64,000 nt of DNA, from assembly GCF_009914755.1 (NCBI RefSeq), contig NC_060939.1. One strand, written 5' to 3'. The notes under the pieces were generated by a model. That model saw only the letters and a list, made by a program, of their open reading frames with translations. It had not been told where the DNA came from and did not search any database. The translations under genes were made by a program, and so were the position numbers. The stretch is from the human T2T-CHM13v2.0 reference genome, Homo sapiens. How positions within the stretch are numbered: position 1 is the first letter of the stretch; every line of letters begins with the position of its first letter. Positions 1-14,724 of the stretch are shown here, piece by piece.

Positions 1-2
1 CT

Positions 3-367
<365 letters not shown>

Positions 368-588
368 TCTCCCTTCCTCTTTTCCTTTCTTTCTACCTTC
401 CACAAATAGTACCAGGACCTATGCTAAGTAATTTAAAAAAAGAAATATTAATTGCATACATGTCTCCTACTTGCTCCCAGTCTGCAGGGAAACAGTTATA
501 ATTTGTCTTACAATCCAAGCGCTATAATGTGGAAGAGAAAAAGCCCCAGAGGCACAGAGCCAACTCTTCCCAAGCAGTGATATTAGGG

Positions 589-777
589 TAGGGTTGCCAG
601 ATAAAGCACATTTTGCTGAAATTGGAATTTTTATTTTAAAAGATCTCAAATACAAATTTGAATATAGCACAGAACATGTTTGTACTACAATAATTGCTCA
701 ATGCTTACCTAAAATTCAAATTTAACTGGGCATCTTGTATCTTGTTGTTGTGGTTGTTGTTAAATCTGGCAACTCTA
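589..777. mobile_element. MER53-like hAT MITE
   Basis: Terminal inverted repeats TAGGGTTGCCAGAT ... ATCTGGCAACTCTA and internal AAATTCAAATTTAACTGGGCATC. Confidence 0.8.
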
Positions 778-1017
778 TGAGTAGAGGGATATAGAATAAT
801 TGAACTGAATGAAATTCAGTTGCTTTGACCAGTTAGGAAAGCTGCCAGGGCTGGGCGGGATGGGGAGTGAAGTGGAATAGAAGGATGGAATCGGGTTGTT
901 GACGTGAGCTTACATAGGAAGAAATGCAATTTAATTTGATTGGGTGGAATAATATGTAGAGTGGGCCAGCAGATTTAGGAGATGGGTGCTGGACCCCTCT
1001 CCTGCTACCGGTCAACA

Positions 1018-1322
1018 TTTATTTTATTTTGTCGTTGCTGTTGTTTTTAGACAGTCTCACTGCGTTGCCCAGGCTGTAGTGCAGTGGTGCAATCTTGGCT
1101 CACTGCAGGCTTGACTTCCTGGACTCAAGTGATTCTGCCACCTCGGCCTCCCAAGTATCTAGGACCATGGGCGCCACCATGCACAACTAAGTTTTGTACT
1201 TTTTGTAGAGACAGGGTTTGCCATGTTGCCCAGTCTGGTCCCAAACTCCTGGCCTCAAGAAATCCTCCTGTCTCGGCCTCCTAAAGTGCTGGGATTACAG
1301 GCATGAGTCACTGCGCCCGGCC
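1018..1322 (-). mobile_element. Alu (AluJ-like)
   Basis: Diverged antisense dimer. Confidence 0.9.
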
Positions 1323-2317
1323 TAGTCAACTCCTGCATCCTCTTAGAACAGTCACCAGGGTGAGGAAAGTGAGGTGTTGAGGCTGGGAAATATAAAGAGA
1401 CACTCATGCTCAGGCCATGCCATTGTGCTCTCTTCCCAGCCCTGCAACCCTTCAACAACCCACAGCCCCATTTCATAGATCAGGAAACTGAGGCTTAGAA
1501 AGGCTTAGCAGTGTGTCCGGAGTCACTAAATTAGTTAGCAGTGGAGTCGGGATGCAGGCCCAGAAGGCCTGTGCCTGTAACTCCCTCCCTGTATAGCCTT
1601 GCTAATAGCAAGTGGTGAAGCCAAGAGATGAACCATCTCCTTTCCAGCCCACGCTTCACACACGTGACCTCATTTGTGAGGAGTGGAATTTATACATTTC
1701 AATTCAGAGTGAGCATAATCTCTGTGTGTGGGACAGAGTGGATAGAAGTAACCCGCCTGTAGAGCAGGGTAGGAGGTGGGGTCTATTGAAATTCTTGACC
1801 ATGGTTCAGCAGTTTGCCACCCTGGCTATATGCTAGAATGCCTGGGAAGCTTTTCAAAATCCCAGATTTCTGGGGGTGGGGCACAGACTTCATTTTTAAA
1901 CCTCCCCAGGTTGAAACCTACAATGCTGAAAGTCATACTCTTAGACTTATGAATATCCAACTTATTGAGTTAGCAGAGAGAAACTCCAACTCTGAAGAGA
2001 GTTTGTTTTCCCTCCACTCCCCCTGCAAAGGCCTGAGAGTTTTCTGGAGCCTGCATCAGCTAGGCTGTGGTGTACCATCTGACAGGAAGGCTGGAGACCT
2101 GCAGCCTTCCTGCTTTCCTGTAAACAGCAGGGGAAAGAAGATAGCAAGATGGGTGTTTGGATCCCAAACATGCTTGTTTTAGTGTAGGCAAGACTGTGAC
2201 ATTTTAAAATTCTGAATTGTGGGGTGGGGGCCAAGGAGAGGAAGGGAAGAAATATTACTAGCTCTATTATCTTGCATATCTGAGGATACCCTTTGCTAGG
2301 GGTCCTCTCTCTTGCCT

Positions 2318-2443
2318 ATTTTTTTTTTTTAGAGATGGGGTCTCACTACGTTGCCCAGGCTGGTGTCAAACTCCTAGCCTCAAGGATCCTCCTGCCTTAG
2401 CCTCTCAAAACATTGGGATTACAGGCATGATCCACCACGCCCA
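2318..2443 (-). mobile_element. Alu monomer (FLAM-like)
   Basis: Left monomer only; flanked by TCTCTCTTGCCT repeats. Confidence 0.85.
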
Positions 2444-2885
2444 GTCTCTCTTGCCTCTATCCCCAAAGTTGCCTTATTTATATACCCACGACTAGGGTAA
2501 GATCTGAAGTTGCACAGAATCCTGTGACATGTCATGATAAGGGGGGTGGGCCCAGGTCTCAGGTACAGGGAGGTGTGGTCTTCCATGCGCCCCAGCTCAG
2601 CCAGGGACAATCTAAGTGGCCTTAATAGATCACTTAACCTACCTGAACCTCAATGTTTGTCATCTACAAAATGGAGATAATCACTCATACTCTGCCTACC
2701 TCCCAGACCTGTTCTAAGTGGAATAAAGGAGATTTTAGATGCAAGTTATACTTGGAAAATGTTGACACTTCATACAAGTATACATGTTGCTATTAATTTT
2801 TGTGGTTCAAATTAGAATTTCATGTTAACTCTGTACCCTCAGAGAAGGCTGCAGAAATTTCTGTGAATATCTAAAAGGAAATAAA

Positions 2886-3180
<295 letters not shown>

Positions 3181-3334
3181 TCTAAAAGGAATCTTTAAAA
3201 AAAATTTTGACACTATTTTGGACTATATTTTTGTGAAGTATTTTAGTTATAAAACCCAGTTAATTTTGCTACTCAAGGAAGGTTCTATAAATCATTCTAG
3301 CTTCACATTTCCGGTGACATAGAACCATACTAGT

Positions 3335-3488
3335 CAGGTGTTTCCAAGGTCCAGCAACAACAGCATTGCCCGGGAGATTTTTAGAAATGCAGAATCTCAG
3401 ACTCCATCCCAGACCTGTGAATCAGATTCTGCATTTTTAACAAGATTCCCAAGTGATTCTGTGCACATTTTTGTTTGAGAAGCCTTGT
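3335..3488 (+). mobile_element. MER5A-like hAT-Charlie MITE
   Basis: TTAGAAATGCAGAATCTCAG...GAATCAGATTCTGCATTTTTAACAAGATTCCC...GTTTGAGAAGC. Confidence 0.8.
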
Positions 3489-4009
3489 ACTAGTCACTAA
3501 ACCTACAGAGTTTGAGAAAAGCTAAGGGGAAAGAAAGAACTCCAATGCATGCTACAGTTTAAGAAGCACTCAGAAAAGTTTCCAGACACTGCTTGAGAGC
3601 GAAAGTGCCCCCAACACTGCAGTCTCAGGGTGACTGCTGACACAGTACATGCCATTACCTGTAAGAGAGACTTTATTATCCCATTTAATGGATGAAGAAA
3701 CTGAGGTTGATGAAGGGTAGGTAACTTGACCAAGGTCATGCAACCAGTTAGTAGAGGAACTGGGATTCTAATTCACATCTGAGTAGCTACTTTATAAGGC
3801 AGGACACATTCCACCATTCCACTCCAGTTTTTAGAGTAGAAAACCTACTTATAAATGTTCTTTTTAGGCATTTAGAAGTCTAGCTGAAGTGTACATCTTC
3901 ACATTGTAACACTTTTCTCCTTGTGGATTTCCTCCAATTTCATTTTTCTTGTGTTTTAATCAGAGACCATCTTTTTTAAAATGTAATTCAGATACCATAA
4001 AATTTATCC

Positions 4010-4324
<315 letters not shown>

Positions 4325-4880
4325 GAAATTCATCCTTTTAAAGTGTTGGTATATATATATATATTTTCACAGAGTTATGCAACGATCACCACTATCTAAT
4401 TTTCATCAGCCAGTAAGGAAACTCCACATCCATTAGCAGTCACTTCCCATTGCCCCACCCCCAGCCCCTAAAAACCCCTAAACCACTAATCTACTTTTTG
4501 TCTCTATGGATTTGCCTATTCTGGACATTTTATGGAAATGGAATGATATGATATGTGGTCTTTAGTGACTGCCTTCTTTCACTTAGCATAATGTTTTCAA
4601 GGTTCATCTGTATTGTAGCGTGGATCAGTACTTCGTTCCTTTTTATTGCCACATAATATCTCGTGGTATGGACATAGCACATTTCCTTTATCCATTCATC
4701 AGTTGATGGACATTTAGATTGTTTCCACTTCTTGACTATTATGGATAATGCTGCTGAATATATGAGTGCATATTTTGTGTGAACATGTTTTCGGTTCTCT
4801 TGGGTATATGCTTAGGAGGAGAATTGCTGGGTCATATGGTACCTCTATGTTTAACTTTTTGAGGAAGTGCCAGACTGTTT
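4325..4880 (-). mobile_element. Old L1 (L1MB-like) 3' fragment
   Basis: CTACTTTTTGTCTCTATGGATTTGCCTATTCTGGACATTT...TTTATCCATTCATCAGTTGATGGACATTT. Confidence 0.85.
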
Positions 4881-6372
4881 GCAGAGAATATTTTCACCAT
4901 GTATTGATACCATATTGGATTTTAAAAGAACAGAAGTTAGTCAAAGAGACCCAGGAAGCCACAAAACTGAACAGACAAGAAATAGACATGATTCAATGAA
5001 CTTTAACCCAAATCACATCTGACTGTGTAGATGCAGCAGAGTAGGCAAAAAATGAATTTGACCAGAACCCAGGAAAGCCAATTGCCTAACAGCCTGTGAC
5101 TAGCACAGCAAAGAACCCTGGAGAGCTGGGCTCCAGTCTCACTAACTCACTGTGTGACCATGGGCAAGTGCCTTCCTCTTTCTGGGCCTCAGGTCTCTCA
5201 TCTATAAAACAAGAAGTTGTATCTGGCTGTGATCTTACTGTCTATACTTCTATGGTCACTCCATGGCACTCCCACGTCTTATGCTCATGGTAGTTATGTG
5301 CTTTTCTGGTGTAGATATTCAGTCTGAAAATTGCTGGCACACCTGAAGACCTTTCAGGAATGATGACAGCAAGTGGGGAGGGTTTTCCAGTCATCTGCTC
5401 TGTGGCAGGCAGAGTCTGAGATCCCAGGGACAGAAGGTGCTCAGCCACTGTGGACTGCATCATGTAGGCATCCAGCTCTTGGATACTGCAAAAATGAGAA
5501 TGGGATTCACCTGCAAGAAAGAATAAAACAATAGCAATGGCAACCACTGTACCAAACTCCACATGTTTATACTTTACTTTTGTGGAATAACATTTATTAT
5601 ATATTTTCACTATAAAAGTAATGTGTTCCTTATAGAAAAAGTCAAAACATAAAAAAATTTGATGAAAAGAAACATCAATGATAGTACTACCATCCAAAAA
5701 TAACCACTAATTATACATATTTCAAAGCATGTTGTAATTGATATATACAATTTTTATTTGTCAATTTAAAAAATAACCACTATTTCCAGTTAGATGTTTA
5801 TTCTTTTAGTCTTGATATTTTTATATTTCTTCTTTACTAAATTGATATTATACTCTATAGTTTTCTATATTTTCACTTATTCTGTCATTAAAAGTCTTCA
5901 GAAGTTGGATTTTAATGATTACAGAGTATCCTATCATAGGAATGCACTATCATTTATTTCTATGTAATCATTTGTTTATCATTGGTTGTTATTGGGAGGA
6001 GGTGTCTCTAAGCTTTGTGAAAATAAACGACGTTCGTCTCTGTTTTGGAAATCTCAAACATGCTGGCATTCAAAGTCTATCACAATTTAGTTCCAACCTT
6101 TCTTTCCATCCTCAGCCACCATAAGTCTTTAACACAGGGCAGATGTTCAGCCTACATGCACTGATGGAGCCATTCTGGTTGTTAAAACACTGAAATACTT
6201 CGGCACAGGGGAGGGAGGCAAATTGCTAGGAAGCCTCTCTGACTGTTGTCCAGCCCTCCCTCACTCCGCCCCAGTCCCTCCATGGGAACCTCTTCCCTGG
6301 CCAGCAATCAAGAGGACTCCTTAGTGCCTGCACTTAACCAGGATTAACTCTTTCCTGCCTTCTCCAGTGTGA

Positions 6373-6839
<467 letters not shown>

Positions 6840-6997
6840 TGTTTTTTTTTCACTATTATTGCTATTTTCCGAATACTGTTGACACAGCATTTGCAATCAT
6901 GTGTTGTGATTCAACTTTTCCTTTGAGTTGCTCTTTCTCCCCAGCTAGATCCTGAGATCCTCTGAGACAGAAGTCATACCTTAACTTCTCTTTATTC

Positions 6998-7350
6998 TGT
7001 GGTAGAGACAATGCTGTGTTTTCCTATGCAGTTCCTCTTCCTAGACACAAAGGAAAACTACTTTTCCTGGACTCCTTTGCTGTTAGATTGGGTTTGAACT
7101 TGAATTCTAACAAAGAAAATGTAGGCAGAAGTGATGTGGCCCTTAAAAGCTCTCATGAGAGCCGTCAATCCTCTCTGCCCCTTTCACAGTGACTGAGATG
7201 GTATAGATGATGGTTTCAGAAGATGAAGACAGCCGGGGTCCCTGAGTCACCACATGGAGGAGAGCCACTCGGGAGAACCACTGACCTGCACTGGACAATG
7301 ATGTGAGCAAAAACACCCCATCCTTCTGAAATACAATATTTTTTAGTGCA
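6998..7350 (+). mobile_element. Old MaLR LTR (MLT1 type)
   Basis: Motifs GCAGAAGTGATGTG and GGGTCCCTGAGTCACCACATGGAGGAGAGCC are typical of MLT1I/J. Confidence 0.7.
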
Positions 7351-7583
7351 TGAAACCATAGACCTCATGCCTGCTTCCTTCATCTCTGTACCCCTATTGG
7401 TATTCGATGAATGTGAATATGCCTGGTGTTAGATGTCCTGGGAAGCAGAGCTTGCATGAGCACAAGAAAAGTGACAGGCGTACCAAATGCAGTCTACTCA
7501 CACCACAGATCCATTCAGCTCACCTGCCTTTCCCATCCCGCACCTGGGCCGCTCACCCTGCTCCTTGGCCAGACTGGTCCTAT

Positions 7584-8958
7584 TGAGAGGTGACAGCGTG
7601 CTGGCAGCCCTCGCTCGCTCTTGGCACCTCCTCGGCCTCAGTGCCCACTCTAGCTACGCTTGAGGAGCCCTTCAGCCCACCTCTGCACTGAGGGAGCCCC
7701 TCTCTGGGCTGGCCGAGGCCGGAGCCAGCTCCCTCTGCTTGTGGGGAGGTGTGGAGTGAGAGGCAGGGACCGGAACTGGGCTGCTGCAGGCGGCGATCGC
7801 TGGCCAGCGGGTGTTCCGGGTGGGCGTGGGCTCGGCGGGCGGGCGTGGGCTTGGCAGGCCGTGCATTGGGAGCGGCCGGCCGGTGCTGCTGGCCCTGGGC
7901 AGTAAGGGGCTTAGCACCCGGGCCAGCAGCTGTGGAGGGTGCGCTGGGTCCCCCAGCAGTGCCGGCCTGCTGGCGCTGCGCTGGAATTCTCGCTGGGCCT
8001 CAGCTGCCTCCCGGTGGAGCAAGGCTTGGGACCTGCAGCCCGCCATGCCCGAGCCTTCCTTCCTGTCCTTCTCCCAACCCCGCAGGGCCCAAGCCTCCCT
8101 GAGGAGCACCGCCTCCTGCTCCGCAGCACACGGGCGGGACTGGCGGGCAGCTGCACCTGCGGCCCCGGTGCAGGATCCACTAGGTGAAGCCAGCTGGGCT
8201 TCTGAGTCTAGTGGGGACTTGGAGAACGTTTATGCCTAGCTAAGGGATTGTAAATACACCAATCAGCACTCAATCAGTGTCTAGCTCAAGGTTTGTAAAT
8301 GTACCAATCAGCACTCTGTATCTAGCTAATGTGGTGGCGACTTGGAGAACCTTTATGTCCAGCTAAGGGATTGTAAATACACCAATCAGCACTCTGTGTC
8401 TAGCTCAAGGTTTGTAAACACACCAATCAGCACCCTGTGGCTAGCTCAAGGTTTGTAAATGCACCAATCAGTGCTCTGTGTCTAGCTAATCTAGTGAGGA
8501 CTTGGAGAACTTGTGTGTCTAGCTGAGGGATTGTAAATGCACCAATCAGCACTCTGTCAAAACGGACCAATCAGCTCTCTGTAAAATGGACCAATCAGCA
8601 GGATGTGGGTGGGGCCAGATAAGGGAATAAAAGCAGGCTGCACCAGCCAGCAGTGGCAACTCCCTAGGGTCTTCTTCCACAGTGTGGAAGCTTCCTTTTT
8701 TTTTTTTTTTTTTTTTTTGCTCTTTAGGTTCACGCTGCCTTTATGAGGTGTAACACTCACTGGGAAGGTCTGCAGTTTCATTCCTGAGGCTGGCGAGACC
8801 ATGAACCCACCAGAAAGAAAAAACTCTTAACGCATCCAAACATCAGAAGGAAAAAACTCCAGACACACCACCTTTAAGAACTGTAGCACTTAACCGTGAG
8901 GGTCCGTGGCTTCATTCTTGAAGTCAGTGAGACCAAGAACCCACCAATGCCAGACACG
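7584..8958 (+). mobile_element. Solo ERV9 LTR (LTR12C/D/E type)
   Basis: Starts TGAGAGGTGACAGCGTGCTGGCAG and ends AAGAACCCACCAATGCCAGACACG. 4-bp TSD CTAT at 7580-7583 and 8959-8962. CpG-rich U3 and tandem CCAATCAGCACTCTG repeats. Confidence 0.96.
8240..8660 (+). promoter_or_regulatory. LTR12 U3 enhancer/promoter: 8 CCAAT (NF-Y) boxes, GATA site, AATAAAA TATA-equivalent
   Basis: CCAAT at 8259, 8304, 8382, 8423, 8464, 8542, 8567 and 8591; AGATAA 8617-8622; AATAAAA 8626-8632. This is the known ERV9 LTR layout. Activity is not shown by sequence. Confidence 0.75.
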
Positions 8959-9049
8959 CTATTGGTAACTCACATTGTTCCTGAGGTCATGGATTCCTAA
9001 CAACCACCACCATCACTGCATCTACTAATGCCACTGGTTGCTTCGGGCT

Positions 9050-9501
9050 CCCCTAAGGACAAGGGTCAGGGTGTGGTGCAGTTCCCATCCTTTGCGCTGC
9101 AACACGAGCTGCAGTAGCTCAGGCACCCAGACCTGAGGCAGGTCTGGCTTTCTGAGAAGTCCTCCAGAAGGGCTCCCAGGGAAACAGCCTAGAATGCAGG
9201 GGAATCAGCCTCCCAAAAGGTGAACTTTGATTAATGAGAGATAGGAGGTGGGCAGGCACTGGCAGGTAGAGTGCTCTCCTCTCCTCCAGGGTCTCCACGC
9301 AGCCTGTCCAGAGAAACCCCGCATGGCCCCTGATCTGCTCTGGCCCCTCCACACCTCCCTGGATCTGTGGTTCCTGCCTGCCTGCCTGCCTCATTTCTCT
9401 TTGTTCTCCACTCTTGCTTCCGTGAGATGAAACCAACCAAAAAAGCATTTGTGCCTAAGCTTGGCCTCTGGCTGTGTATTTTGGGATCTCAAACTAAGAC
9501 A
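9050..9501 (+). mobile_element. Old ERVL-type LTR remnant (LTR16/LTR33-like)
   Basis: 3' end AAGCTTGGCCTCTGGCTGTGTATTTTGGGATCTCAAACTAAGACA resembles ERVL LTR termini. 5' boundary uncertain. Confidence 0.55.
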
Positions 9502-10399
9502 AAGGGAAACTAATATTTGTGGGTCCCTATTATGTGCCAGGCACCGTGAACCTTACCCAAGTTATCTTACTTCATCCTTATGAAAACTGTAAGGTAGTGA
9601 TTATTAACTCAGTCTTCCAGATAAGGAAACTGAAGAAAGAGGAAACCGTGGAGCCAGCTATTAACTGGTGGAGCGGGAAATGTGAGGCAAAATCAAACAT
9701 TGAAACATGCGGTGCCCCCTTCGGTTTTGTACCTTTTGTGGCTCCCTAGTGTCTGATCCTTTGGGGAGCCTGCAGTTTCGTCAGTTACATCCTGCAACAG
9801 TTTGGGATAGGTTGAAACCTCAGCAGCATCTGACCCATAAAAGAATGTTACTGCGGGGCCTCCCTAAAAGACGAGGGAGGAATCAAGAGAATTCCAAGAA
9901 AGGCGTCCGAGCAGGAGGTAAGACAGTAGATTTGAAAGCAGGATTGAGGGAGCAGGAATGGGAAGAGAGGCCCAGCCCCAGCGGGTCAGGGGCCGGACTA
10001 GGCTAGCGAGGCCCAAGTGCGGTGGCCCCATGCAGAAATCCTGGCTCGGTGCAAAGGAGATGCCGCTCCCACCGTCTGCAGGAGGCAAGGGCTCCCCTTC
10101 CCCGGCCAGGAGCCGGGTGCAAGAGGAGCCTGGGGAGGGAGCTCCAGGCCTGGAGCAAAGGCTCCTCCTAGGGGCCCGCGGTCGGCAGAGAGCGCGGGAC
10201 ACTCGCGGCCATGGAGAGCAGCCCACCCGGTGAATGGAGCCTTTCTCTGGGCACTTGGCAGAACTCGGGGGCCCTCTGTGCAGAGAGGAGGCCCACTGGA
10301 ATAGAAATAACCTCTGGCTTGCAGAAGCATTTTGTGGAAAGATTCAGGAGCTCAGTAGGCAGAGCAGTCCCAAGAAAGACATTTGGAATGTTGAAACTT

Positions 10400-11765
<1,366 letters not shown>

Positions 11766-12967
11766 AGCTTTTTTTAAGAATGAGAGTTAGGCTTTTTTCA
11801 AGGGCAGTGAGACCACTATCAGAGATTTTTCTATGTAGCTGAGATCCATCCTAGTTGGACTGAGGGTGTAAGAACATCAGGACAAAGGAGCTGGGGTGGG
11901 GAGGGGTGCTAACACGGAGGCCTCACTCTGTGCCAGGCTTTAATGAGCAGAATCTCAATGGGCATCAGATGCTGCCTTGTCAATAAAACACAGCCAAGAA
12001 CAAGCTGAGTTGCTGGAATTCTGAATAATAATGAATTAGAACTTACTGCTGTATCTAATAATCCTTCTGTGACATTTGTATAGTGTTTCACAGTTTATGA
12101 AACACTTTTATCACTTTTATATGAGTTAACTCAGTCAGTTCCCGTAATCCCACTGAGAGGCAGGCAGAGAAGATTATTTTTATGCCTATTTTTAATGAGA
12201 AAGCAACCAAGTCACAGACAGTTGATGTGACTTGTCTGAGGCTACACAGCCAGAACTGCGTCTTAAATCTCCTGGTCAAGTGCTCTGCCTAGCACAGCTG
12301 CTGCCTGCCTGTTCCAAGTGTGGTGGACAGAGATTCTGCCCAGGTGCCCCCTCCCTGTCCCAAGCCCTGCCACATCCTCCCACCCCCAGTATCCTTCCTG
12401 GGAGTAGGTCAGCCTGTCCTGGGCCCTGCCCCCTTGCACCCTCCCACCCACAAAGCCTCTCCCTTTTCTGGCCTTGAGTTATGCTCCCCTTGCCCCAGTC
12501 TTTAGGATTCTTCTATTTTTTCTTCCCGAAGGAACTTTTCCAGATGCTCTTTTCTTTGGCTTTATCACAAACCCTCTATATGGATTTCTAGCTCCTGCTA
12601 TACCTCATCAGTTTGTTGACACTTGTCCAGACCAGGACGTCTGTGGGGTGGTGTCCTGGCACACGACTCCTACCTTGAGCACCATAGGGTGCAGCTGTTC
12701 TCACTGGGAAACATATGTGAGCGCCAGTTGGAAACTCTCCCTGCCCCAGGTGATTCTGATCAGCCTTTCCAGAACCAGTGGATTAGCAAATGGTTCATAG
12801 CTGTGGGAGCCGATCAAGTTCCCTAACCTCTCTGAACCTCCACTTCGACATCTCTGACTTCATAGGTGTTTTTAGGAAATTAAGGGAGGTAGTGCCTACT
12901 ACATGGTAAGTGTTAATCACATGTTCTTTTCTCCATCTAATCTTCCCAGAAAATAGTAGTGAGGTGG

Positions 12968-13268
<301 letters not shown>

Positions 13269-14358
13269 CGAGATTTTAAACCAAAAGGCTTCCTGACAAA
13301 GTCAAGATCTCCCACCCTCACACAGGCGCAGCTTCTAACATCCGCAGTCCTCTTTGAGGAGAAGATCTTGTGTGCTGGCAAAATATTTTAGCTACTGCAC
13401 AAAACACTGCGTGGCACAGTACTTTGAATTCCCAGAGAGAAAGGCCCAGGGGTCTTGTTGGAGGGTATGTAGGAAAAGGAAACCTACTCCCAAGGCAGAA
13501 GGCACTCCCAGAGCATGCTTTGGTAATTATGCAGGCTGGGAGGAGGCAGGCCATGGGTGGAAGAAGAAGGAATGGAGAGGAGAGGAAGCCCGGAAGGAGA
13601 GAATCACAGGTTCATTTAAAATAGATGCCAGCTAGGGGTTTAGTCCTTCTCTGGCTTGCTGTGTGAGCTTCTGCAAGTCACTTCACTTCTCTGGTTTGGG
13701 CCATATCTGAAGAGGCCTTCTCCAACTGAGACACTCAAGGATGCCATGCATTTTTCCAAGTCACTAGGAAACAACGCTCCAATCGCATACCTTTCATTTG
13801 CATTATTGTAACCTAGACTGGTGTCCAACTCTTTTTCATAAACAGTGAGAAATAATGTCATTTCCATGATTGAATCAAGCACACCAAGGGTGTTATAGAA
13901 TCACTTTTCTTGCTTAGCAGTTCTGGGCAGCAGAAGAGACTTGCACTCTAGATCCTGGAACAGCTGAGCTTTCTTGGGAAGATTCCAGACAGTTATTAAC
14001 CCAATGAGTAACACCCTATGTGCCATTCTGACCCTCTGGGCTACAGTAATGCAATCTTCTATTGCTTTTCTCTCTTTTAAGAAAAGCCATCAAACAAGGG
14101 ACTCATTCAAATTTTTAACCACAATATAAACAGACATTTACACAAGAGCAATTATAAATAGCACATGTGCAAAAAAAAAAACCTGCCTACTGGCATCCAA
14201 AGATATGCTGCAGAAAGCAAATTTGGGACTCTATTTAAAAATCTTTTCAAAAATGCCTTGAAGCAACAATATTCAATGTACCTGATGTTGCAGCAAAATT
14301 GATTTACTGATACAATATTGGTGGCATTCGAAATTAGTAATAGTTCCTTTGGGAACTA

Positions 14359-14724
<366 letters not shown>

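Noticed and set aside
7660-8239. ORFs of 81-145 aa in the LTR12 U3
   Set aside because: GC-rich LTR sequence with no gag, pol or env similarity; the TSD shows a solo LTR.
8240-8600. Regularly spaced ~40-bp repeats resembling a CRISPR-like array
   Set aside because: These are the known ERV9 U3 enhancer repeats, with no unique spacers, in human DNA.
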